From positions 561,728 to 625,727 of the forward strand of contig NMRA01000233.1 of assembly GCA_002633005.1 (NCBI GenBank): a DNA stretch of 64,000 bases, read 5' to 3'. Origin of the DNA: Phoronis australis (Eukaryota; Animalia; Phoronida). A program made the position numbers and the translations under genes. Shown here one piece after another: positions 52,052-64,000 of this stretch (positions are counted from its first letter, which is position 1; each line of letters starts with the position of its first letter). Under the pieces are notes generated by a model that worked only from the letters and a program-made list of their open reading frames with translations, did no database searches and was not told the origin of the DNA.

Positions 52052-52410
52052 TTTTTTTATTATAGTGACATATGATCAAATGAATTTAAACAATTAATAC
52101 GTTACAAAGACTAGGAACACCCAACCCTCCACGGGGCTTATAAGTCACTTTAGATACATGATACAAAAAAGAAAAGACAAGTGTAGGCGCTTTGCAAGAG
52201 GACCAGAACGAGAAGGCCAAGATAAAAGTGATCATAAATAAATATAATTTTTCCTTACTTCAAAAATATTTTTGATGAAAACTGAAGTTCTTCTAATAAC
52301 ATTTTTTGCATGATTGTAATAAATTTACTTTCACAGCTTTCTGCACGGAATCGTGGATATTTAATCTCAACTTGACAATAAAAGGTGTTTCTGGCGTCTA
52401 AGAAAAACGG
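52018..52410 (-). mobile_element. Second 5'-truncated LINE inserted antisense into one macrosatellite unit, with (TTAC)n tail
   Basis: (taag)n run followed by tttttttatt on +; minus strand reads ARNTFYCQVEIKYPRFRAESCESKFITIMQ...FIKNIFEVRK; absent from the other units. Confidence 0.65.
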
Positions 52411-52721
52411 ACTTGATTAACATACTGTGTGAATCGCAAAGTGAAAGTGGAAACGGGAAGGAATACAAAATGAACTACTGTTACTAAAATAGAATTGGCT
52501 TTTATGAATTTCGTTGAAGACGAATTGCACTTTTTTGTGTGTAATGCTGATGCAGATCTCCGTCAGCATTATTTGATTGAAAATTTTGATAACCATAACG
52601 CTTTCTAATACTTCAACTAGATAACGAAGACTCCAAATGCAAACATTGTAAAAAATAGTATATTTTGTCTCAGTGCTTAGAGGACAGTTGTTTAACTTGA
52701 TGTTTTGTATCTAACTGTGGT

Positions 52722-52722
<1 letters not shown>

Positions 52723-52753
<31 letters not shown>

Positions 52754-52780
52754 CATGTACGTACGTGCGTATGTATATAT
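52723..52780. repeat. (TATG)n microsatellite
   Basis: tatgtatgtatgtatgtatgtatgcatgtacgtacg. Confidence 0.85.
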
Positions 52781-54354
52781 AAATAATTTGTTGTAATACT
52801 TTGGATCTCTGGGTTCGAATGTGGTGAAATAGAATAAGGTAGTGACACAGTGCACACGACGTTATGGACAGTAGTAGCACAAGACGTCTTTACCTGTAGC
52901 TTAGTACATTGTTCCGGCTTATGGTTTCATGTTTTCTGAATATATTATTTCAGTCACATTCTTATCAGTCTCCATCCTTGGTCTGAAAGCAACCTATAAA
53001 CATAGCATACCTTTTTTGACATTTCTCCGATGTGGCTAGTGTTCTGCAGGTATTATTGTTTCACACACACGCGTACGTTTTGGCCCCTCTGTACAACGTA
53101 CCGGTTGTTTGTTCGAATGAAAGCGGTTGTACACACAGTTGTATTATTAATCTCTGCACGTTCGTGTTATCAGCCTCCAAGCACAACATATTTGGCGACA
53201 AGGATGTCTTGCTTTCCCACACCCAAGACGTTTCTGGAATCAACGGCGAACCTACAAGACCATGGGATACTTGCATTGAACACATTGCCGAATCCAATTA
53301 AGTTGTACTATGTTACGCTTTAGATCCCTGAGCAAAACCGGGTACCACCTTGAAGAAATTGTTTTACTTGGTCTAAAACTTCAAAAAGAGCAAAAATCCA
53401 TTGTAAGAACGTTAAGAACCTTTGTCATAGAACCTGGTTCCCAATACGATTGTGTGAGGATTCACATGGCTGATAACCAGCAGTTGCAAACGCCGACGTG
53501 TCGAAACAAAATGAACCAACAATAGGTCAGTTGTTCTCACGGGTCGTCGTTTGGAAAGAATATATTGTAAGTTATGTACATTCTTTGCACTAATAATGAA
53601 CTGAAAGCGAGGCAACGACTGGAGGTTCTGCGCATGCCTCGTTTAAAGATTTCCGTACTCTTCCGAACTGTACTGAAAATTCTCGGTTCGGTTATGTATT
53701 GANGTTTGGAAAGAATATATTGTAAGTTATGTACATTCTTTGCACTAATAATGAACTGAAAGCGAGGCAACGACTGGAGGATCTGCGCATGCCTCGTTTA
53801 AAGATTTCCGTACTCTTCCGAACTGTACTGAAAATTCTCGGTTCGGTTATGTATTGACTACCGTCTTAGTCCTTGTAAAAACTTCGCTTTGCTTTACAGT
53901 TCGTACGCCAGTGCGGGAGGTAAGTGTTTGCACGGCTTTAAAGACGCAAAGTCTATTGATAAAGCGAGGTTTAAGTCATTTATCCGTTTCACTTACAGGC
54001 TGTACGTTTGTCATCTCCATCCCCATCTCCATATCTTTCTTCATATTTCCTCAAGAGCGCTCTCAGAGTATTTTAAACTTAATAAATTCTCTCAACTCAT
54101 CAACGTTTTCCAATAATGTCACCACGTGGCTGGAAACGAAAAATTATTATAAAGATATGAAAACCCTCAAGAATGTTCCAAAATAAGTACTTGTTTGGTT
54201 TCATTTTGTGTTAAGAAATTATTTTTCATGGTTTCAAACCTAAAAAAAGCAAATATCCATTGTAAGAACGCTATAACTTCGGACCCTTGAACTCATTCTG
54301 CGCTCTAGTCAACAGGAGACCCGTCGCTATAATGAAGAGAGCGATTGACATAAT

Positions 54355-54700
54355 GTGTCAACCACAAAGTCAAAGTGGAAACGGGAAGAAAAACAAAGTA
54401 GACTATTGTTACTAAAATAGGATTTGCTTTCATAAACTTCGTTGAAGATGAATTGCTCTTATTTGTTTGTAGTGCTTATGCAGGCTCCTTCAGCAATATT
54501 TGAATGACACTTTTGATAACCTTAACGCTGTCTTATACTTCAATAAGATTACAAAGACTTTAGATGCAAACACTGTAAAATTGGTATGTTTAGTCTTAGT
54601 GCTTAGAGAAAAAGTTGTTTAACTCGATGTTTTGTACCTAACTGAGCTTGAATATATAGATTTGTTGTAATACATACGAATGTAATAAAGTAAATTAAAG
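54355..54700 (+). mobile_element. RTE-X-like LINE 3' fragment embedded in each macrosatellite unit (example copy)
   Basis: Cross-copy consensus NHKVKVETGR...VEDELHFxxVCNAYAELRQQYLNENF...FNKIMKTPDANIVKLVY, then an aataaagtaaa-type tail; same motif order as the LINE at 22966-23555. Confidence 0.75.
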
Positions 54701-57700
54701 TAGTGACACAGTGCCTACCTCTTGTGATGTTACTCCAATGTGGCTAATGGTCTGCATGTATTATTGTTTCACGCACACCCGTACAGTGTCGCCCCCCCTG
54801 TACAATGTGGCTTGTTCGAGTAAAAGCTGTGATACACGCAGCTGTGTGATTTGTCTCTGCACGTTTCTGTTATTAGCCTCCAAACACAACATATTTGGCG
54901 ACGAGGATTTCTTGCTTTTCCACACCCAAGCCGTTTCTGGAATCACCCGGCGAACCTACAGTACCATAGGATACTTGTATTCAACACATTGTCGAATCCA
55001 TTGTGCAAAGTTACACTTTAAAACCTTGAGTAAAACTGGGCACCACCTTGAAGAAAACAAATTTTTGTTTGGACTTTTAATTAAGTAGTTGTGCCAAAGG
55101 AGCAGGCAAGAACCAAAACTCTTCGAGCGACGCGTTTGTTTAAACAACATGTTTTAATATGGTTAATTTATTTTTGCGGGAGTGTTCTATTGTTGTAAAT
55201 TGTCAATATAGTCAACAGATGCTTGTGCATGGTCTCACTTGGGGTGGAAAATCTACATAGCGCAAATGTAAGTTCGTAGCCTAAATATAATTATTTCAAG
55301 GTACCTTCGCGTGAACTATCTCAAGATTACCAGGATTCGTTTTGGAAATACGATGACTTAAATGCTGCGACACCAACGACTTCTTTACTTACTTTTACAT
55401 GCCGTTATGTCAACAATATGTTACCGTTAAGAGATTTTTTCGTAAAAGCTAGTTCGCAATACCATTCTGGGCGGAACTACATTGCTGATAACCTGGAGCC
55501 AGTTGCAAACTCCGACGTGTCGCAGCAAAAAGGTCACCTGTTCTCACGGGTCGTCGTTTTGGAAGGATATCTTGTAAGTTATGCTTTTACTTTGCAAAAA
55601 TAATGAACTGAAGGTATAGTAACGTGAAAGTGGAAACGGCAAGGAACAAAAAATAGATTACTGTCACGAGAATGGATCTTGCGTTTATGAACTACGCTGA
55701 AAACGAGTTGGATTTCTGTTTGTGTCAAATGCTTATGCAGAGCTTCGTCAGCAACATAAGAATGAAAATTTTGATAACTATGGTGTTGTATTGTATTTCA
55801 ACAAGATTATAAAGGCTCCATATGTAAGTCCGTAATTTTATTTAGAGTATTTTGAGAAAAGTTGTTTAATTTGATGTTTTGTATTTAACTGTGGTTGGAC
55901 ATAGGTTTGTCGTTGTACTCTGAGTCTCTGGCCTCGAATGCTGTAAAGTAAAGTAAAGGATTGACACAGCATACCTGTTTTGATATTTCTCCAATGCGAC
56001 TAGTGTTCTGTATGCATTATTGTTTCACACCCACCCGTAAGGTGTCGCCCGTGTATACAATGTCATTGCACGAAATTACAACGTAGACACACACAGCTTC
56101 ATGATTTGACTGCACATTTGTGTTATCCGCCTTCAAACACAACAAACTTGGCGACGAAGATGCCTTGCTTTTCCACATCCAAGCCGTTTCTGGAACACCT
56201 CGCGAACCTATGACACCATAGAATACTTGCATTGAACACATTGCCGAATCCATTAAGTTGTAATAAGTTAAACTTAAGAACCCTAAGCAAAACCGGATAC
56301 CACCTTGAAGAAAGGTGTCACAAAACAAATTTTTGTTAAGAACTTTTAATTAAGTAGATTTGACAATGGAGCAGACAAGAACCAAGACTCTTAGTGCGAC
56401 GCATTTGTTTAAACAACATGTTTTTATATGGTTAATTTATTTTTACAGGAGTGTTCTATTGTTGTAAATTGTCAATATAGTCAAAAGATGCATGTGCATG
56501 GTCTCACTTGGGGTGGAAAATCTACATAGTGCAAATGAAAGTTCGTAGCCTAAATATAATTATTTCAAGGTACTTTCGCGTGAACTAACTCAAGATTACC
56601 AAGATTCGTTTTGGAAATACGATGACTTAAATGCTGCGACACCAACGACTTCTTTACTTACTTTGACATGCTGTTAAATCAACAATATGTTACCGTTAAG
56701 AACATTTTTCGTAAAAGCTAGTTCGCAATACCATTGCGGGCGGAACTACATTGCTGATAATCCGGAGCCAATTGCAAACTCCGACGTGTCGCAGCAAAAA
56801 GAACCCACGGCAGGTCAGCTGTTCTCACGGGTCGTCGTTTTTGAAGAATATCTTGTAAATTATGCTTTTACTTTGCAAAAATAATGAACTGAAGGTATAG
56901 TAACGACTGGAGGTTCGGTGCATGCCTCATTTCAAGATTTCCGTACCGTTCCGAACTGTGCTGAAAAATCTCGGTACGGTTATGTATTGACTACCGTCTC
57001 AGCCCTTGTAAACACTTCGCTTGGCTTTACACTTCGTACGCTGGTTCGGGAGGTAAATGTTTGCACGGCTCCAAAGACGCAGAATCTGATGATATGGTGA
57101 GGTATAACTCATTTAACCGTTTTACTTACAGCCTGAGTGTACGTTTGCCATCTCCATCCCTCTTTCCATATCTCTCTTCATAATATTTCCTCAAAATCGA
57201 TCTCAGAGTCTTCGTAACTTAATAAATCCGTTCAATTCATCAACGTTTTCCAATGTTGTTATCACGTAGCTGGAAACGAAAAAAATTCTTTAACTTCATA
57301 TTAAGATATACATTCCTCAAGTATTTCCCAAAGTAAGTAATTGTTTAGTTACACTTTGTGTTACCAAATTATTTGACATGGTCTAACACCTCAAAAAGTG
57401 CAAAATCCATTGTCAAAAGGGATTATCTTCGGACCCCTGTACTCATTTTGCGCTCTAGTCGACAGGGGACTCATGGCTATACTGAATAGAATGACTGACA
57501 GTGTGTGTGAACCAAAAAGTGAAAGTGGAAACGGCACGGAACAAAAAATAGTTTACTGTCACGGGAATGGATCTTGCGTTTATGAACTACGCTGAAATCG
57601 AGTTGGATTTCTGTTTGTGTCAAATGCTTATGCAGAGCTTCGTCAGCAACATAAGAATGAAAATTTTGATAACTATGGTGTTGTATTGTATTTCAACAAG

Positions 57701-60700
57701 ATTATAAAGGCTCCAGATGTAAGTCCGTATTTTTATTTAGAGTACTTTGAGAAAAGTTGTTTAATTTGATGTTTTGTATTTAACTGTGGTTGTACATAGG
57801 TTTGTCGTTGTACTCTGGGTCTCTGGCTCCGAATGCAATAACGTAAAGTAAAGGATTTACACATAGCATACCTGTTCTGATATTTCTCCAATGCGACTAG
57901 TGTTCTGTATGCATTATTGTTTCACACCCACCCGTAAGGTGTCGCCCCTTTATACAATGTCATTGCACGAAATTATAACGTAGACACACACAGCTTCATG
58001 ATTTGACTGCACATTTGTGTTATCCGCCTTCAAACAACAAACTTGGCGACGAAGATGCCTTGCTTTTCCACATCCACGCCGTTTATGGAACACCTCTCGA
58101 ACCTATGGCACCATGGAATACTTGAATTGAACACATTGCCGAATCCATTAAGTTGTAATAAGTTAAACTTTAGAACCCTAAGCAAAACCGGATACTACCT
58201 TGTAGAAAGGTGTCACAAAACAAATTTTTGTTAGGAACTTTTAATTAAGTAGATTTGCCAGAGGAGCAGACAAGAACCAAGACTCTTCGAGCGACGCATT
58301 TGTTTAAACAACATGTTTTTATATGGTTAATTTATTTNGAATAGAATGACTGACAGTTTGTGTGAACCAAAAAGTGAAAGTGGAAACGGCAAGGAACAAA
58401 AAATAGATTACTGTCACGGGAATGGATCTTGCGTTTATGAACTACGCTGAAAACGAGTTGGATTTCTGTTTGTGTCAAATGCTTATGCACAGCTTCGTCA
58501 GCAACATAAGAATGAAAATTTTGATAACTATGGCGTTGTATTGTATTTCAACAAGATTATAAAGGCTCCAGATGTAAGTCCGTAATTTTATTTAGAGTAC
58601 TTTGAGAAAAGTTGTTTAATTTGATGTTTTGTATTTAACTGAGGTTGTACATAGGTTTGTCGTTGTACTCTGGGTCTCTGGCTCCGAATGCAATAACGTA
58701 AAGTAAAGGATTTACACATAGCATACCTGTTCTGATATTTCTCCAATGCGACTAGTGTTCTGCATGCATTATTGTTTCGCACCCACCCGTAAGGTGTCGC
58801 CCCTGTATACAATGTGATTGCTCGAATTACAACGTAGACACACACAGCTCCATGTTTTGACTGCACATTTGTGTTATCTGCCTTCAAACACAACAAATTT
58901 GGCGACGAAGATGCCTTGCTTTTCCACACCCACAACAATATGTTACCGTTAAGAACCTTTTTCGTAAAAGCTAGTTCGCAATACCATTGTGGGCGGAACT
59001 ACATTGCTCATAACCCGGAGCCAGTTGCAAACTCCGACGTGTCGCAGCAAAAAGGTCACCTGTTCTCACGGGTCGTCGTTTTGGAAGAATATCTTGTAAG
59101 TTATGCTTTTACTTTGCAAAAATAACGAACTGAAGGTATAGTAACGACTGGAGGTTCGGTGCATGCCTCATTTCAAGATTTCCGTACCTTTCCGAACTGT
59201 ACTGAAAAATCTCGGTACGGTTATGTATTGACTACCGTCTCAGCCCTTGTAAACACTTCGCTTGGATTTACACTTCGTACGCTGGTTCGGGAGGTAAATG
59301 TTTGCACGGCTCCAAAGACGCAGAATCTGATGATATAGTGAGGTATAACTCATCTAACCGATTTACTTACAGCCTGTACGTTTGCCATCTCCATCCCTCT
59401 TTCCATATCTCTCTCTTCATAATATTTCCTCAAAATCGATCTCAGAGTCTTCGTAACTTAATAAATCCGTTCAATTCATCAACGTTTTCCAATGTTGTTA
59501 TCACGTAGCTGAAAACGAAAAAAAATCTTTAACTTCATATTAAGATATACATTCCTCAAGTATTTCCCAAAGTAAGTAATTGTTTAGTTACACTTTGTGT
59601 TACCAAATTATTTGACATGGTCTAACACCTCAAAAAGTTCAAAATCCATTGTCAAAAGGCCTTATCTTCGGACCCCTGTACTCATTTTGCGCTCTAGTCG
59701 ACAGGGGACTTATGGCTATAATGAATAGAATGACTGACAGTGTGTGTGAACCAAAAAGTGAAAGTGGAAACGGCACGGAACAAAAAATAGATTACTGTCA
59801 CGGGAATGGATCTTGCGTTTATGAACTACGCTGAAAACGAGTTGGATTTCTGTTTGTGTCAAATGCTTATGCAGAGCTTCGTCAGCAACATAAGAATGAA
59901 AATTTTGATAACTATGGTGTTGTATTGTATTTCAACAACATTATAAAGGCTCCAGATGTAAGTCCGTAATTTTATTTAGAGTACTTTGAGAAAAGTTGTT
60001 TAATTTGATGTTTTGTATTTAACTGTGGTTGTACATAGGTTTGTCGTTGTACTCTGGGTCTCTGGCCTCGAATGCAATAACGTAAAGTAAAGGATTTACA
60101 CATAGCATACCTGTTTTGATATTTCTCCAATGCGACTAGTGTTCTGTATGCATTATTGTTTCACACCCACCCGTAAGGTGTCGCCCCTGTATACAATGTC
60201 ATTGCACGAAATTACAACGTAGACACACACAGCTTCATGATTTGACTGCACATTTGTGTTATCCGCCTTCAAACACAACAAACTTGGCGACGAAGATGCC
60301 TTGCTTTTCCACATCCAAGCCGCTTCTGGAACACCTCTCGAACCTATGATACCATGGAATACTTGCATTGAACACATTGCCGAATCCATTAAGTTGTAAT
60401 AAGATAAACTTTAGAACCCTATGTAAAACCGGATACCACCTTGAAGAAAGGTGTCACAAAACAAATTTTTGTTAGGAACTTTTAATTAAGTAGATTTGCC
60501 AAAGGAGCAGACAAGAACCAAGACTCTTCGAGCGACGCATTTGTTCAAACAACATGTTTTATATGGTTAATTTATTTTTGCGGGAGTGTTCTATTGTTGT
60601 AAATTGTCAATATAGTCAACAGATGCGTGTGCATGGTCTCACTTGGGGTGGAAAATCTACATAGTGCAAATGTAAGTTCGTAGCCTAAATATAATTATTT

Positions 60701-63700
60701 CAAGGTACTTTCGCGTGAACTAACTCAAGATTACAAGGATTCGTTTTGGAAATACGATGACTTAAATGCTGCGACACCAACGACTTCTTTACTTACTTTG
60801 ACATGCTGTTAAGTCAACAATATGTTACCGTTAAGAACATTTTTCGTAAAAGCTAGTTGGCAATACCATTGCTGGCGGAACTACATTGCTGATAATCCGG
60901 AGCCAATTGCAAACTCCGACGTGTCGCAGCAAAAAGAACCCACGAAAGGTCAGCTGTTCTCACGGGTCGTCGTTTTGGAAGAATATCTTGTAAGTTATGC
61001 TTTTAGTTTGCAAAAATAATGAACTGAAGGTACAGAAACGCCTGGAGGTTCAGTGCATGGCTCATTTCAAGATTTCCGTACCGTTACGAACTGTACTGAA
61101 AAATCTCGGTACGGTTATGTATTGACTACCGTCTGAGCCCTTGTAAACACTTCGCTTGGCTTTACACTTCGTACGCTGGTTCGGGAGGTAAGTGTTTGCA
61201 CGGCTTCAAAGACGAAGAATCTGCTGATATGGTGAGGTATAACTCATTTAACCGTTTCACTTACAGCCTGTACGTTTGTCATCTCCATCCTTCTTTCCAT
61301 ATCTCTCTCTTCATAATATTTCCTCAAAATCGATCTTAGAGTCTTCGTAACTTAATAAATCCGTTCAATTCATCCACGTTTTCCAATGTTGTTATCACAT
61401 AGCTGGAAACGAAAAAAAATCTTTAACTTCATGTAAAGATATAAATTCCTCAAGTATTTCCCAAAATAAGCAATATTGTTTAGTTACACTTTGTGTTAAC
61501 AAATTATTTGACATGGTCTAACACCTCAAAAAGTGCAAAATCCATTGCCAAAACGCCCTATTTTCGGACCCCTGTACTCATTTTGCGCTCTAGTCGACAG
61601 GGGACTCATGGCTATAATGAATAGAATGACTGACAGTGTGAGTGAACCAAAAAGTGCAAGTGGAAACGGTAAGGAACAAAAAATAGATTACTGTCACGGG
61701 AATGGATCTTGCGTTTATGAACTACGCTGAAATCGAGTTGGATTTCTGTTTGTGTCAATTGCTTATGCACAGCTTCGTCAGCAACATAAGAATGAAAATT
61801 TTGATAACCATGGCGTTGTATTGTAATTCAACAACATTATAAAGGCTCCAGATGTAAGTCCGTATTTTTATTTTGAGTAATTTGAAAAAAGTTCTGTTTA
61901 ATTTGCTGTTTTGTATTTAACCGTGGTTGTACATAGGTTGGTCGTTGTACTCTGGGTCTCTGGCCTCGAATGCAATAACGTAAAGTAAAGGATTTACACA
62001 TAGCATACCTGTTCTGATATTTCTCCAATGCGACTTGTGTTCTGCATGCATTATTGTTTCGCACCCACCCGTAAGGTGTCGCCCCTGTATACAATGTGAT
62101 TGCTCGAATTACAACGTAGACACACACAGCTCCATGTTTTGACTGCACATTTGTGTTATCTGCCTTCAAACGCAACAAATTTGGCGACGAAGATGCCTTG
62201 CTTTTCCACACCCAAGCCGTTTCTGGAACACCTCGCGAACCTATGACACCATGGAATACTTGCATTGAACACATTGCCGAATCCATTAAGTTGTAATAAG
62301 TTGAACTTTAGAACTCTAAGCAAAACCGGATACCACCTTGAAGAAAGGTGTCACAAACCAATTTTTTGTCTGTAACTTTTAATTAAATAGTTGTGCCAAA
62401 CGAGCAGACAAGAACCAACACTGTCGGTGCAACATATTTATGTAAACAGCATGATTATTCCTATATTTTCGCGTAAGTTTTCTATTGTTGTAAGTTGTCA
62501 ATATAGTTAACAGATGCATGTGCGTGGTACCAGCTTGGATGGAAAATGTACATCATGTGAATGTATGCTCTTAGCCTAGTTATTTTGATTTCAAGAAACG
62601 TTCGCGTAAACTATCTCAAGGTTACCAGGATTCGTTTTGGAAATCTCATGAGATAAATACCGCTCCAACGACAACTTGCTTTCTTTGACATGCTGCTATA
62701 TCTACAATTTTTTACGGTTAAGAACCTCTGTTGTAAAAGTTGGTTCCCTATACCATTGTGAGTGGAATTATATTGCTGAGAACCAGCAGTTGCAAACTCC
62801 GACATGTTGCTGCACATAGAACCCACAATAGGTCAGTTGTTCTCACAGGTCATCGTCAGGAAAGAATATATTGAATTTATGCTTTTGCTTTGCAAAAGTA
62901 ATGAACTGAACGCGCAGTAACGACTGGAGGTTCGTTACATGCATCATTTCAAGTTCGGTTCCGAACAGTACTGAAATATCTCAATTCGGTTATGTATTGA
63001 CCACCGTCTCAGCCCTTGCAAAATCTTCACTTTCCTTAACAGTGCGTACTCTGGTGCGGGAGGTAACCGTTCGCACAGTCTGCTGATATGGCGAGGTATA
63101 ACTCATTTACCCGTTTCAATTACATGTGCACCCTGTACGTTGGTCATCTTCAACCCCATCTCCATACCTGTCTTCATAATATTTCCTCAATATTGCTGTC
63201 AGAGTCTTCGTAACTTAATCAACTGATCAACGTTTTCCATTGCTGCCATCAAGTGGCTGGAAACTAAAAATTGTTTACCCTATATTAAGATATAAAATTC
63301 TTCAAGTATTTCCTAAAATAAATACGTGATTACATTTTGTGTTAAGAAATTATTTTGCATGGTCTAGCACCTCAAAACAGGAAAAATCCATTCTAAGAAC
63401 GCTTTAATTTCGGGCCCTTGTACTCATTCTGCGCTCTAGTCAAGCCCGTGGCTATAATGAATAGAGTGATTGACATAGTGTGTCAACCACAAAGTGAAAG
63501 TAGAAACAGGAAGGAACAACAAAATAGATAACTGTTATTGTAATAGAATTTGCGTTTATGAACTATGTTGAACACGAATTGCATTTTTGTTTGTTTCTAA
63601 TGCTTATGCATTTCTCCATCAGCAGTGCGTGAACGAAAATTTTGATAACCATAACGTTGTTTGATATTTCAACAAGATTATGAAGACTCCAAATGCAAAC

Positions 63701-64000
63701 ATTCTAAAGATCGTATATTTAATCAGAGTAAGAAAAGTTGTTTAATATGATGTTTAGTACTTAACTGTGGTTGTACATATGTTTGTCGTTGTACTTTGGG
63801 TCTCTGTCCTCGAATGCAATAAAGTAATGTAAAAAACTGAAACAGTGCATACCTGTTTTGGTATTTCTTCAATACGACTAGTGTTCTCCATGCATTATTG
63901 GTTCCCCTACACCCGTAAGGTGTAGCCCCTTTATACAACGTAATTGTTCGAATTACAACGTAGATTCACCTAGCTCCATGATTTGACTTTGCACGTTTGT

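Larger units (their letters stand above)
48218..64000. repeat. Macrosatellite of ~1.9-kb units (about 9 partial or complete copies; runs off the window end)
   Basis: Anchor aaagtggaaacgg recurs near 49608, 52445, 54372, 55627, 57522, 58377, 59761, 61658 and 63497; full-length spacings are ~1840-1900 bp, and shorter ones are deletion variants or N junctions. Confidence 0.95.

Overview
Eukaryotic, intron-rich invertebrate genomic DNA from a gapped draft scaffold. There are no prokaryotic features, and most ORF-track entries are spurious. I reconstructed three spliced genes by hand from GT-AG sites: (1) the last four coding exons of a TIAM1/still-life Rac GEF (+, 748-4346); (2) a complete 7-coding-exon PEX10 (-, 6892-13109), whose first two coding exons occur twice across an N gap; (3) a 6-exon class I SAM-dependent methyltransferase (+, 22607-30841). 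The rest is repeat-dominated: MITEs (one with a perfect 9-bp TSD), 5'-truncated RTE-X-like LINEs, a Hero-like RLE retrotransposon relic and a hAT relic. Two transposon-linked tandem arrays are the most unusual structures. One is a ~4.4-kb satellite whose monomer appears to be a piece of the adjacent hAT transposase CDS. The other is a >15-kb array of ~1.9-kb units, each holding a LINE 3' end plus three minus-strand exon-like blocks. Many short duplications around single Ns look like assembly overlaps. I did not find a clearly new biological system; the best leads are evolutionary/structural.
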